From NCBI RefSeq assembly GCF_902713615.1, contig NC_052166.1:1798001-1862000 (forward strand): a DNA stretch of 64,000 bases, written 5' to 3'. This document shows, in pieces, positions 27,708-40,969 of the stretch (within the stretch, counting starts at the first letter, position 1; every line of letters begins with the position of its first letter). Source of the DNA: Scyliorhinus canicula. Taxonomy: Eukaryota. The notes beneath the pieces were generated by a model. That model worked only from the letters and a program-made list of their open reading frames with translations. It had not been told where the DNA came from and made no database searches. The position numbers and the translations under genes are program-made.

Positions 27708-29138
27708 CCAATTGAGGAAGGTGTAGGTTGGCCAAGTATTCCACTCAGGGCTGGACTCAAGGACCATGGGGGTAGCGATTCTGGTGAATAAACGGGTGGC
27801 ATTCGAGGCAGAGAGATACGTCTCAGACACGGGGGCAGGTACATAATGGTGAGTGGGAAGCTGGAGGGGGTGCAGGTGATACTCATGAACGTATGTGCTA
27901 CGAATTGGGATGATGTGGAATTTATGAAGCGGGTGTTAGGTAAGATCCCAGACTTACAGGCACACAACTTGATCATGGGGGGAGATTTTAACACAGTCAT
28001 TGATCTGGAATTGGACCGGTCAAAATCCAGGACAGGGAGGGTGCCAGCCACGGCAAAGGAATTGAAGGGGTTTATGGAACAGATGGGGGGAGTAGACCCA
28101 TGGAGGTTTGCACTGTCAAGGGTGAAGGAGTTTTCTTTTTTCTCACATGTCCGTAAGGTGTACTCTCGGATTTACTTTTTTGTTCTGAGCAGGTCGCTAA
28201 TACGGCGGGTGGTGGTACTGAGTACTTGGCAATCGCGGTGTCGGATCATACCCCACATTGGGTGGATCTACGGGTTAGCTTGGAGAGAGGACAACGCCCG
28301 CAATGGAGGCTGGATGCAGGGTTGTTAGCAGACAAAGCAGTCTGTGGGCTGCTGAACAAGTCCATCCAGAACTACCTGGAAACAAATGATACATAGATCA
28401 TAGAATTTACAGTGCAGAAGGAGGCCATTCGGCCCATCGAGTCTGCACCGGCTCCTGGAAAGAGCACCCTACCCAAGGTTAACACCTCCACCCTATCCCC
28501 ATAACCCAGTAACCTCACCCAACACCAAGGGCAATTTTGGACACTAAGGGCAATTTATCATGGCCAATCCACCTAACTTGCACATCTTTGGACTTTGGAT
28601 ATGGGGGAGATCTCTGCAGCAATGGTTTGGGAAGCATTGAAGACAGTGGTTAGTGGGGAATTAATCTCGATACGGCCCACAGAGAAAAGATGGAACGGGC
28701 TGCGAGGGATAGGTCAGTTGAGGAAATATTCCGGGTGGACACGAGATTCTCGGAGGCCCCGGACGCGGGGCTACTGATGGAGCAGCAGAGTTTACAGGTG
28801 GAGTTTCGGCTATTGTCTACAGGGAAGGCGGTGGAAATGCTGAGGAAGGCAAGAGGGGCGATCTATGAGTGGGGAAAAGGCAAGCTGAATGTTAGCACAC
28901 CAGCTCAGAAAAAAGGAGGCAGCCAGGGAGGTAGGCAGAGTAAAGAGTAGAGGTGAGATCACAGTCCTGGTCCCAGTGGGGGTGAATGAGGTGTTTCAGG
29001 ACTTTTACAGCAAATTATATGTCGGAACCCCCGGCTGTGATGGAGAGGATGAGGCAGTTTTTGGGTTAGTTGAGGTTCCCGAGGGTGGATGAGGATCTGG
29101 TGGAAGGGCTGGGAGCTCCACTTGAAATTGAGGAAATA

Positions 29139-29386
29139 GGGGCAGCACGGTGGCCTAGTGGTTAGCACAACCGCCTCACGGCGCTGAGGTCCCAGGTTCG
29201 ATCCCGGCTCTGGGTCACTGTCCGTGTGGAGTTTGCACGTTCTCCCCGTGTCTACGTGGGTTTCGCCCCCACAACCCAAAAATGTGCAGAGTAGGTGGAT
29301 TGGCCACGCTAAATTGCCCCTTAATTGGAAAAAATAATTGGCTAATCTAAATTTAAAAAAAAAAGAGAAAAAAAAAAAAAAAAAAA
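29139..29386 (+). mobile_element. Short A-tailed V-SINE with 15-bp TSD (gaaattgaggaaata)
   Basis: Perfect TSD at 29124-29138 / 29387-29401 and a long A tail. Confidence 0.95.
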
Positions 29387-30359
29387 GAAATTGAGGAAAT
29401 AATGCAGGTGCTGGAGGGCCTGCAGTTGGGCAAGGCCCTGGGGCCGGATGACTACCCGGTAGAATTCTATAAGAAGTTTTCGGATGTATTGAGCCCACTG
29501 CTGGTGAGGACATTTATTGAAGCAAGAGAGAAGGGAGTCCTCCCCCCAACAATGTCATAGGCCTCGATTTCATTGATCCTGAAACGGGAGAAGGATCTGG
29601 AGCAATGCGGGTCACACAGGCCGATTTCCCTACTGAATGTTGATGCCAAACTGCCGGCTAAGGTATTAGCCACAAGGATGGAGGATTGTGTCCCGGTGTT
29701 GATAGGGGAAGACCAGATGGGATTTGTAAAGGGCAGGCAACTCACGGTCAATATTCAAAGGCTTTTAAATGTTATTATGATGCCCTCAGAAGGAGAGGAG
29801 ATGGAAGTGGTGGTCGCGATGGATGCGGAGAAGGCTTTTGATCAGGTGGAGTTGGATTACCTGTGGGAGGTGCTTGGAAGGTTTGGGTTTGGTGAGGGCT
29901 TCATTGACTAGGTGCGGTTGCTCTATCAGGCACCAGTAGCTAGTGTAAGTGTGCGTACAAACCGGTTGAGGTCGGGGTATTTCAAACTACACCGAGGGAC
30001 GAGGCAAGGATGCCCCCTCTCTCTGTTGCTGTTTGCTCTGGCCATAGAGCCACTGGCCATAGCGTTAAGAGCCTCTAGGAACCGGAAAGAGCTGGTTCGG
30101 GTTGGGGAGGGTGGAGCACCGTGTCTTGCTTTATGTGGATGACCGGCTCTTGTATATTTCAGACCCATTGGAGGGGATGAGGGAAGTTATGCGGATCCTA
30201 GGGGAATTTGGTAATTTTTGGGGGTATAAATTGAACATGTGGAAAAGCGAGATGTTCAAGAGGGCAGGAGAAGAGACTGGGAGAGCTGCTGTTTAGAATG
30301 TTAGAAAAGAGTTTTTGATATCTGGGTATCCAGGTGGCTCGGGAATGGGAGGCTGAATT

Positions 30360-30930
30360 ACTGAATGTTCAGTAATAATTTACGAGTCCGAAGAATGACC
30401 GTAGTTTGTCCACAGTCTCAGGCCTGGGAGCTTGTTTGATGGCCCGTACCTTCTCCTCAATTGGGTGCAAGGTACCACAGGCACTTGACTTCTTTTGCAT
30501 GAGAAATGCACTTACACCTGCCTCAGAGAACCAGCAGTGGACTTCCTCCAAGTTGTTCAGGTACTCCTTTGATCAGGACAATATCCAAGTAAAGTGCCAC
30601 CATTGGAAGCCTTTCCATAACCCTCTGAAAACCGCACAAGCAGATGATATGGATGGAAACCTTACATAAGTGTAAAGACACCTATGGTATTGCTGGTCAC
30701 AAAGCTTCTGGATGTTGTGTCTGGCTCCAACTGGATCTATGCGTGACTCGTGTCCAGTTCCTCCAGCCAACTTCGCGTCGGGGTCCTCCATACGGGGCAT
30801 CGGGAACCCGTCCAAATGAGAGGCCTTGTTTACTAACTTGTAATCGCCACAGGCGGACGATTTTGTCCAGCTTCAGTACAGGGAATAAAGGCGCTGACAA
30901 CTCCATGAACTGAACATAATGAATGATTTC
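30360..30930 (-). mobile_element. Gypsy-type LTR retrotransposon pol (RT) fragment
   Basis: FPMPRMEDPDAKLAGG and LHPIEEKVRAIKQAPRPETVDKLRSFFGLVNYY. Confidence 0.8.
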
Positions 30931-30949
30931 CACACAGGACAGTGTAGCT

Positions 30950-31845
30950 CTCCCTCAACACTGACCCTCTGACAGTGCTGCGCTCCCTCAGTACTGACCC
31001 TCTGACAGTGCTGCGCTCCCTCAGTACTGACACTGACAGTGCGGTGCTCCCTCAGTACTGACCCTCTGACAGTGCATCGCTCCCTCAGTACTGACCCTCT
31101 GACAGTGCGGCACTCCCTCAGTACTGACCCTCTGACAGTGCAGCACTCCCTCAGTACTGACCCTCTAACAGTGCAGCACTCCCTCAGTACTGACCCTCTG
31201 ACAGTGCGGCACCCTCAGTACTGACCCTCTGACAGTGCGGCACTCCCTCAGCACTGACCCTCCGACAGTGCAGCACTCCCTCAGTACTGACCCTCTGACA
31301 GTGCGGCACCCTCAGTACTGACCCTCTGACAGTGCTGCGCTCCCTCAGTACTGACACTGACAGTGCGGTGCTCCCTCAGTACTGACCCTCTGACAGTGCA
31401 GCACTCCCTCAGTACTGACCCTCTGACAGTGCGGCACTCCCTCAGTACTGACCCTCTGACAGTGGAGCACTCCCTCAGTACTGACCCTCTGACAGTGCAT
31501 CGCTCTCTCAGTACTGACCCTCTGACAGTGCAGCACTCCCTCTGTACTGACCCTCTGACAGTGCGGCACTCCCTCAGTACTGACCCTCTGACAGTGCAGC
31601 ACTCCCTCAGTACTGACCCTCTGACAGTGCGGCACCCTCAGTACTGACCCTCTGACAGTGCTGCGCTCCCTCAGTACTGACAGTGCGGTGCTCCCTCAGT
31701 ACTGACCCTCTGACAGTGCATCGCTCTCTCAGCACTGACCCTCTGACAGTGAGGTGCCCCCTCAGCACTGACCCTACAGCAGTGAGGTGCTCCCTCAGGA
31801 CTGACCTGCGGCAGTGAGGCGCTCCCTCAGCACTGACCCTCTGAT
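30950..31845. repeat. 33-bp minisatellite (cagtactgaccctctgacagtgcggcactccct)
   Basis: Period seen directly, with deletion variants. Confidence 0.95.
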
Positions 31846-32599
31846 GGTTAAATCTGTGATCGAAACCCCTGACATTGTGTGCAGTTATTAATGATTTGGT
31901 TAAGATTTCTATCATCGAACCATTTCCAAAGCTCCACCAGTTGGCATGTGTTTCTTGTGCCATTTATGGGTCTCTTGTAGATCAATCATCACGATTCGTC
32001 AATGATCCATCATTTGGACTATTTTTCGAAACTGCGCTCTTACCTTTCTCACATTCCTGTCGTGTGTCACTGATTTTTGGGAAATCACCTGAGTAACTGG
32101 CTCTCGGACAATAAGGAAGTGGACACAATAAAATATTGAGAGTAATTGAAACACAGGAGTAATCAGAACTCAAAACAGAAACAAAATCCCATTCTCTTCC
32201 AAAAGTGACAGTGGAGAGACATCATGGGCAGTGGGCCAATGGGTGGGAGCATAGCAGTGACTGGACTAGTCATCTCAAGGATTGTTGGATATGGGTTCAA
32301 ATCCCAGCACAGCAGTTGGGTGGGCGATGTAAATTCAATTCATTAAAAAAATGTGGAAATAAAAGCTGGACTCTGTATTGGTGACCATCCACGAAAAATC
32401 CCATCTGCTTCACTAATGTCTTTTGGGGAAGGAAATCTGCTCTCCTTACCCGGTCTGGCCCCAGACCTACAGCAATGTAGTTGACCCTCTGATATTGCTG
32501 AACAAGCTATATTCGAGAAGGTGGCTCGCCACCATTTTCTGAAGTGACAATTAAGGGGGAGCAATAGATGCCAGGTTCGCCAGTGATGCCCATAACCGA

Positions 32600-33430
32600 G
32601 AATGGGCAGAGAGATGGCAGATGGAGTTTAACCCGGACAAATATGAGGTCATGCATTTTGGAAGGTCGAATGCAGGTAGGGAATATACAGTGAATGGTCG
32701 AACCCTCAAGAGTATTGACAGTCAGAGAGATCTAGGTGTGCAGGTCCACAGGTCACTGAAAGGGGCAACACAGGTGGAGAAGGTAGTCAAGAAGGCATAT
32801 GGCATGCTTGCCTTCATTGGCCGGGGCATTGGAATATAAAAATTGGCAATTCATGTTGTAGCTGTATAGAACCTTAGTTAGGCCACACTTGGAGTATCGT
32901 GTTCAATTCTGGTCGCCACACAACCAGAAGGATGTGGTGGCTTCAGAGAGGGTGCAGAAGAGATTTACCAGGATGTTGCCTGGTATGGAGGGCATTAGCT
33001 ATGAGGAGAGGCTGAATAAACTCGGTTTGTTCTCACTGGAACGACGGAGGTTGAGGGGCGACTTGATAGAGGTCGACAAAATTACGAGGGGCATAGACAG
33101 AGTGGATTGTCCGAGACTTTTTCCCAGGGTAGAGGGGTCAATTACTAGGGGGCATATGTTTAAGGTGCGAGGGGCAAGGTTTAGAGTAAATTTACGAGGC
33201 AAGGTTTTTACACAGAGGATAGTGGATGCCTGGAACTCGCTGCCGGAGGAGGTGGTGGAAGCAGGGACGATAGTGACGTTTAAGGGGCATCTTGAGAAAT
33301 ACATGAATAGAGGGATACAGACCCAGGAAGTGTAGAAGATTTTAGTTCAGACGGGCAGCATGGTCGGCGCAGACTTGGAGGGCCGAAGGGCCTGTTCCTG
33401 TGCTGTACTGTTCTTCGTTCTTTGTTCTTT
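32600..33430 (+). mobile_element. CR1 3' end, 5'-truncated
   Basis: MEFNPDKYEVMHFG...QFWSPH...RGDLIEV; 3' tail of (ttct)n-like repeats. Confidence 0.9.
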
Positions 33431-33921
33431 GAATAAATAAGCATGGTGGGAATACAAGATAATGGGGGGAATTCTACGTCCAGTGACTCTGGAATCGCAA
33501 AACACAATTGGGCGGAGATTTGCGCGTCAGCCGAAAATCGTGGTCAGTGCTCCAATTCCTCGTCAGCGGCATGGGTATGCAAATTGTACAGGAAATGCCA
33601 TTGGGATATCATTAACGGCCTGACCCAGCGATTCCTAGGCCCTCTGCGGTGCTCCTTGTGGTATTTGAAATGCTGAGGGGGTATGAAAAGTGTCCAACAT
33701 CGCTATAGTGTGCTGACAGTTGTGCAGCTAGCCAAGGGGCTTCTGCCGGGGCCGGGGGGAGTAGCGGGGTGTGGCCAGGAGGTGGGCCATGGGTTCGGGG
33801 TGGACAGGCACGGACCAACTTTGCCGCAGCTTACAAGGCAGCAATACAGCTGCGCACCCCGCTGACTGCCCACTGTGAACTTAGTGCCACTGGTTGTATG
33901 GGTGCCTTTCCAGGCCACTCC

Positions 33922-35245
33922 TGATGCACTATCAATTATGAGAAGATGAGAGTAGAATGTAATCGAGGTTTTATTATACTGAGGTGTGTGGCCTCCTACA
34001 GCAGCTGACGAAATGGCTGCTGTACGGGGAGCACACACATTACTCCGCCTACTGGGCAGAGCCAGCAGGCAGGGATCTACCCCCGTACCTGTACTGCAGG
34101 GGCCTTACCGTAAAACGCACACATATATACAGTATATACATCAGTGATGACTACCACATTCACCCCCTGTTAAAGAATGAGTCCAGCGGGGATGGTATAG
34201 AACTATATACAGAAAGTTGTGTTTGAAATTACAGATAATATTACAAATTCAGGCGGTCTGGTGCCTTGATCTGCCGTTGAGAGCGCCGCAGTGCTGGTGG
34301 CGACTCAGGCGGCGGCTTTGTCTTCGGTGACTCTCGAAGCGTGTCGAAATCCTCTTCATCCCCGGATGGGAGCAAGGGGAGGATGGATTGTCCCGGAGCG
34401 GGGGCTGCGGTGGGGTGCGCCGTGGAAGGGTGGCACCGGGGGGGGGGGGGGGGGGGGGGTGTGGAACCAGCTGGTGCCAGGTCCCTGAGGGAGACTGTGT
34501 CTTGGCGGCCATCGGGGTACGCTATGCAAGCGCACTGCGGGTTGGCGTGGAGTAGCTGTACCCTCTCAACCAACAAGTCCGCCTTGTGGAGTCGCACGTG
34601 TCTACGGAGGAGAATGGTTCCTGGAGCTGCCAGCAATGTTGGGAGTGAAATCCCGGAGGTGGACTTCCTAGGAAAGCCAGAGACGTTCATGGGGGGGTTT
34701 CATTAGTCGCGGTGCACAGGAGCGACCGAATAGAGTGAAGTGCGTCAGAGAGGACCTCCTGCCAGCGGGAGGCCAGGAGCTTTCTGGACCATAGGGCCAG
34801 CTGGACGGCCCTCCAGACCGTCCCATTCTCCCGCTCCACCTGCCCGTTCCCCCTGGGGTTGTAGCTGGTCATCCTGCTCGAGGCAATGCCTCTGTTGAGC
34901 AGATACTGGTGCAGCTCATCGCTCATGAATGAGGATCTCCAGGGGCAGCATGGTGGCACAGTGGTTAGCATTGCTGCCTCACGGCGCTGAGAACCCGGGT
35001 TCGAATCCCGGCCCTGGGTCACTGTCTGTGTGAAATTTGCACTTTCTCCCCGTGTCTGCGTGGGTTTCACTCCCACAACCCAAAGGATGTGCAGGGTAGG
35101 TGGATTGGCCACGCTAAATTGCCCCTTAATTGGAAAAATAATTGGGTACTCTAAATTTATTTTTTAAAAATAAAAAAAAATGAATGAGGATCCCCGATCG
35201 CTGTGGACATAGGCGGGGAAACCGAACAGAGCGAAGATGGTGTTA
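33922..35245 (-). mobile_element. Gypsy LTR retrotransposon 3' fragment (integrase, PPT, 3' LTR ~33922-34158)
   Basis: FPAYVHSDRGSSFMS...TSYNPRGNGQVERENG; PPT ttaacagggggtgaa directly before TGTGGTAG. Confidence 0.85.
34942..35179 (+). mobile_element. Short A-tailed V-SINE inside the Gypsy integrase
   Basis: 16-bp TSD atgaatgaggatc[t/c]cc. Confidence 0.92.
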
Positions 35246-36073
35246 CCGCCCATAATGTTGCTTTGTTGGTGCTGACTCGATGGGCTGAATGACCTCTTCT
35301 GTTCTGTTTGATTCTATGACTATATTCGGCTCAATTGGTCTCTTCTGGTCGACTCCAAACAAGCCTCTTCTCATATTTTGCTATCTCATTGTATTAATTT
35401 ATCCTCGTTCCTTCATTTCTCCTGCATCCGTTTATCCAGATTGCCCTTATCTACGATATTTACTTCAACTCCCCGTTACAGTGAGTTCTACATGCAGCCT
35501 GCAACTGATTGTGATTCAGTTCTGTTTAGCAGCAAATTCAGCAAAGTTGTTTGAGGTGGGTCGAGAATCATACCTCATGGATCCGGGTTTAGTATGTGCT
35601 TTGTCACAGCTGGCTGCAAACTGGCTCAGAGAGAAGAGGACGGGTTTGGAGAAAGAAAATATCGAAAAGGCGAGGTCAGAGTAGAACCCTGCCTGGAGGG
35701 CAGGACTGAGCTCGATTCTGCATCTATGCTGCGTCTGACTGAGAAGCACAGAATGCAAAGAACACCTGGAAAGATATCTTCCTATCCAAGATGGTGTCAC
35801 ACACTCTCCTTAAGAAACAAATTCACTGAATGGAATCATATTACAGGGTAATTATAGTGAAACAATGAACCTTTATGAGCAGGAAGGTTTACTGTAACTA
35901 AGTGGACCAAGTCAAGCAAGATTAACTTGTTTGACGTAAGTGATATCCACCTGCGTTGTTCTGATTTTTCAGGGACTTTCCACAGCTTGCAAAGCTATTT
36001 GGCTTCCAAAGCCTGTTCATCAAACCAACAAAGCATGTCTGTCATCCCAGTGAAACTAAAGTGATGTAACAAT

Positions 36074-36400
36074 AGGGCAGCACGGTAGCACAAGTGGATA
36101 GCACTGTGGCTTCACAGCACCAGGGTCCCAGGTTCGATTCCCTGCTGGGCCACTGTCTGTGTGGAGTCTGCACATTCACCCCCTGTCTGCGTGGGTTTCC
36201 TCCGGGTGCTCTGGTTTCCTCCCACAGCCCAAAGACGTGCAGGGTAGGTGGATTGGCCATGATAAATTGCCCTTAGTGACCAAAAAGGTTAGGCGCGGTT
36301 ATTGGGTTACGGGGACAGGGTGGAAGTGAGTCCTTAAGTGGGTCGGTGCAGACTCGATGGGCCGAATGGCCTCCTTCTGCGCTGTATGTTCTATGCTCGT
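36074..36400 (+). mobile_element. Long-form V-SINE
   Basis: Head, V-domain and tail. Confidence 0.88.
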
Positions 36401-38449
36401 TCTGAAAACAGAGCGTGCTGAAAATACTCAGCAGGTCAGCTCTGAAGAAAGGATGTCAAACTGAAACATTGGGCAGAATCCGTGGTGTGTTTGGTTGCAG
36501 GGGTGGGGCAATGGTTCCTCAGGCGGGAACCCTGATTAATTAATGCCCACATAAGGACCTCATGCCACCATTGCTGGTACTCACAGAATAATGGGCGGGG
36601 AACACAAGTCGCAAAGACCCCCCCCCCCCCCCCCATTGCCTCCACAAGATACTGTTGATTTTATCTGTTTCTCACTCCAGAGATGCTGTCTGACTTTGCT
36701 AAGTATTTCTGTCATTCTCTGTTCCTGCTTCAGATTTCCAACATCCGCATGATATTGGCTAGGAGTCTCCAGTTGTTGGGATTCTTTGTTCCCATCGCCA
36801 ACGCACCTCCACCATGGGTTTCCCAGTGGTGTGGGTTGGTTTAATGAAAATTCCCATTGTATAGAGAATCCCAACACCAGTAAACGGCACACTGCTGAGA
36901 AACACATGGCTGGGGGAACCGAAGAATCCTCGATGGACCGCCCTGAGGATGCCAAGGGAGGTACAGAGAGAAGCTGTAGGCTTATCTCAGAGGACGTCAA
37001 GCCTGTGACAGGGTGGTCGAGGAGCACAGGAGAGGTTTGGGGATAGGATTTGGAAGGGCCTGAACCTGAGACGCGAGGAATGATGACAGGAGGGGTGTAG
37101 GACGGGATAAAGCAAAAAGAAAATGTATGGCTGTTGTTCCCTCTCCCTTCTTTCTTGAATACTGCTGTTAGATTAGCTCCCTTCCAGTTCACTGATGCCC
37201 GTCCAGAATCTAGGACGTTGAAGATGATCACAACCAGTGTATCCATTACCTGCAGCCTGTGTCTCATAAAGAGAGCCAAAGTCCTACCCTCTATGTTTCC
37301 CGAAAGCCATGCTCCGAATAAATACTTTGAACAGTCCCTTAAAGAGGCAGAACAACCCCCGGCTTAATATCACATCCTTTGATTGTGCAAAACCCTGTCA
37401 CCCACGCTGGTGATTGCGCTGAGGTTATGTGGCCAAGTCCTGAAAACCACAACCTTCTAACTAGGAGGTGATGTGATACTCACACTGACCCTGGATTAAC
37501 GGCTATCTATTGCTGTGTTGCGCTTCTCTCAAGTCATTCCCTGCCTGTAATATAATGTCCAGATATAGGACTGATAATAACTTTAATTTAGAATTATTGT
37601 GCATACAGGAGAATATGGGGAGCAAAGGGAAAGTGAGATAAACTGGATTGATCCTTTTTTTATATATTTGATTTGAGTTTCATTTTTCAAACACTCAAAA
37701 TTGGCACAGTGCAGCGTAAATGCTTCTGCATGCATGAGTGCAGAAAAAGGCAGGACAACGCCAGCACAATTAGTTCTTAAACTTAGTGGGCTGGATTCCT
37801 CCGCCCCGCCCGCCACAGACGGGATGCGGACTATGTAAAGGTCCATTGACCTTGGGCGGGAATTCACGGACTTTTCACAGTAACTTCATTGAAACCTGCT
37901 TGTGACAATGAGCGATTATTATATTATTCTTATTCTTATTACAGTCGCTGGACGGACATGGCTGGAGAACCCGCCCAGTGTGTTCAAACATACAATATAA
38001 AAAAAACGGATAATCTAGAAAATAAAGAAGAGGATGTAGACATGGTAATATGATACACACCTTCACGTACAGAGAATTCAAAATAGTGCTACATAAATCC
38101 TTGCAGGGGCAAGTCCGACATAGCCGAAGCTATAAATTTGAGATAGGAGGTCCCACACTTTCTGGAATGTATCTGATTTAGAATGGAGTAAGCAAGTTAA
38201 AAACTCCATCGGGTACATACCAGAATAATTTGATGCCAAATCTGAATTGAGGGACACTTATCACTAATCCAGGATCAAAGACTGTTCTTCAGTGCAGCAA
38301 GGGTTAATCTATTATACACCCTTTTCTCATTAACGTCGCTTATTCTCCTATCTGGGAGCCGCATAAGTTAGAATAAGGGATGAAATTCTAAGACCGTGCC
38401 GAATATCTTCTCAAGCTTTTTCAGTACACCAGGTGAGTAGGATTGAATT

Positions 38450-39350
38450 TTGACACAGGACTACACGCGGTGTAAATCGTACACATGGCTGCTACTGTGT
38501 GTTGGTGGTGGAAGGAATGAATGTTTTGGGGATGGGCGCCAATCAAGCTGGTTGTCCTGGACGGTGTTGAGCTTCTTGGAGTGTTGTTGGAGCTGCACAT
38601 CCAGGAAAGTGGAGAGTTTCCATCACACTCCTGACTTGTGCCTTGTACATGTTAGACATGCTTTGGGGAGTCAAGAGGTGAGTTACTCTCCGCAGGATTC
38701 CCAGCCTCTGACCTGCTCTTGTCACCAGAGTATTTATATAGCTAGTCCAGTTCAGTATCTGATCAATGGTAACCCCCTCCTCCTCCAGGATGTTGATAGT
38801 GGGGTAATCAGTGGTGGTAAAACCATTGAGTGGCAAAGAGAGATGGTTAGACCCTCTCTTGTGGGTAGCACGGTGGTGCAGTGGGTTAGCACTGTGGCCT
38901 CACAGTGCTGAGGTCCCAGGTTTGATCCCGGCTCTGTGTCACTGTCCGTGTGGAGTTTGCACATTCTCCCTGTGTCTGCGTGGGTTTTGCCCCCACAACC
39001 CACAAATATGCAAGCTGGGTGGATTGGCCACGCTAAATTGCCCCTTAATTGGTATAAATGAATTGGGTACTCGAAATAAAAAAAAAAGATCCCCTCTTGT
39101 TGGGGGTGTTGATTGCCTGGTACGTGGGTGGCGAGAATGTAACTTGCTAATGGGCAGCCCGAAACCTGGATTTCTTTCCTGTTTTTTTCTGCATTTGCAT
39201 GTGGATTGCTTGAAGAGTTGTGAATAGTGCTGAACATTGTCCAATCATCAGTGAACTGCTCCCATTTCTGGACTTGCTTTTAGGATTCCTTGGCATTTCT
39301 CCGATGCCACTTAACCAGGTATCTTCCAGGGACATACTACGTCAGGGTTT
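38450..39350 (-). mobile_element. CR1-group LINE fragment with a short SINE inserted at 38863-39087
   Basis: TINILEEEGVTIDQILNWTSYINTL...YKAQVRSVME; the SINE has a 13-bp imperfect TSD. Confidence 0.75.
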
Positions 39351-39974
39351 TTCAAAGATAGGGTCACGGCCTACGGTGGGCGGCGGGCAGATGTCGGGTG
39401 GAGCGATCAGTTCCCCCATTCCCACGGTGATCCCTATCACAGGAGAAGTGCCAAACTGTCGCTACTGGCTTTTACATGGAGAGTTGTGGCCGCTGTTGCT
39501 TTTTAAATGTAGATACAGATTAGGCTGTGTGGAGTCTGACAGCCAGAAGTGACAGCAGAGAGTAAGTCACATGCCCTGCACATAGAATTGATGTAAACGC
39601 CACCCGGGACATGCTTTTGGTGCCAAAGTAGGGATCAGAGTTGCTTCAATTTGCAGCTGCTTGCAAGAAAGGCAAAGTGAACTATGAAGATCAATGTTTT
39701 TTTTAAAGTAAGAGATGGCCATCGGCAGTGTACCGATTGGAGAGCATCTCACAACACAATCTGCTGGAGAGAGCTGCACAGGAAAGTCAGGGCAGGACAG
39801 AGCAGTGGTAGTGTTAGAGATCCTGGGTCTCTTGTTAATGGCCCTGTAAAAAGAAACTTAATTCAGAACAAAGAAATATAAAGATGATTTCTATAGATAT
39901 GGTTTTGTCAATTGTGACAATGCAAATAAGGTGAGGCACCAGAGTCAGTTATTAATTTAGAGCTGACTCAGACT

Positions 39975-40195
39975 GCACCGCAGCACAGTGGTTAGCACTG
40001 CTGCATCACGGTGCCAAGGACCTGGGTTCGATCCCGGCCCTGGGTCACTGTCTGGGGAGTTTGCACATTTTCCCCGTGTCTGCGTGGATCTCACCCCACA
40101 ACCCAAAAGATGTGCAAGGTCGGTGGATTGGCCACACTAAATTGGCCCTTAATTTGAAAAAAAAAGAATTGGACACTAAATTGATTTTTAAAATC
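39975..40195 (+). mobile_element. Short V-SINE
   Basis: V-domain; 13-bp imperfect TSD ttagagc[t/g]gactc. Confidence 0.85.
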
Positions 40196-40519
40196 TTAGA
40201 GCGGACTCCTGATTAAAAGTCTGCCCTGCTGCAGCTTACCTGTAATATCACATTAAAAATGCACCAAAAGCCCACAAGGCTATCAGGATTCTGGTGTAGC
40301 ATCTCCCAGGAGTATTCACTGCTGAGTAATACACTCATTTTATTGTTATTGCTCTTCACGACAACCTATATTTGTAAGGTTGGATTTTTCATTTTCATAA
40401 AGCTTAAGACATCACAAAAAAACTGGCCGAAATCTGTACCTGATACACCTATTGCCTTCGGCTCTTTTGAACTGGATTCACATTACATCATGAGGACAAA
40501 GCAGGCTCAACTTTCGCAT

Positions 40520-40700
40520 TAAAAGCTAAGCGAACATGGCGTGTGTCGCAAAGATTGGTCAGCATGTTTTGCGAAATGCAGTCGCCGTGTGTCGAGGAGG
40601 TCAGTTGGCGTGGGTAGCGAAGGTCGGCCAATGTGGGTCCCAAAGGATGGCTGGGTTGCCAAATGTGGGCGTGGGAAAAAATGTTTGAAAAACTGTACTA
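40520..40700 (-). mobile_element. DNA-transposon-like (hAT-type terminus) remnant
   Basis: Minus strand begins cagtttttcaaacattttttccc and contains single copies of the 22-bp unit that is amplified at 17025-17450. Confidence 0.45.
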
Positions 40701-40969
40701 TGTGACAGTCATTTTCTATCCAGCAAGATTCCACAAACCGTAATGTAATTAGTGCACCAACAGTTAAACTAATAATCAATTTAAGATAATCAGTTGTGCT
40801 TGTAATGTGGTTCATTTTAACTTGCTCGAAGCGACATGCGTTCATACAAAGGTATCTGTTCTCTACAAACAAAAAGAATATGTCAAGCCTTGTAACTTTT
40901 TTTAATTATCTGGGAGCTCAAAGAGCCAATGGTACATGATTTATTTGTCCATGGTAAAAGCTTGACTAA

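Larger units (their letters stand above)
25615..30355 (+). mobile_element. Near full-length degenerate L1-like LINE (ORF1 ~25.8-26.6 kb; ORF2 EN/RT ~27.2-30.35 kb), 3'-truncated, with three SINE insertions
   Basis: ORF1 SRRQNLRIVGLPEG...YQDLGVELAKRR; ORF2 MGGDFN, HRPISLLNVDAK, MDAEKAFD, GTRQGCPLS, LYVDD. Confidence 0.92.
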
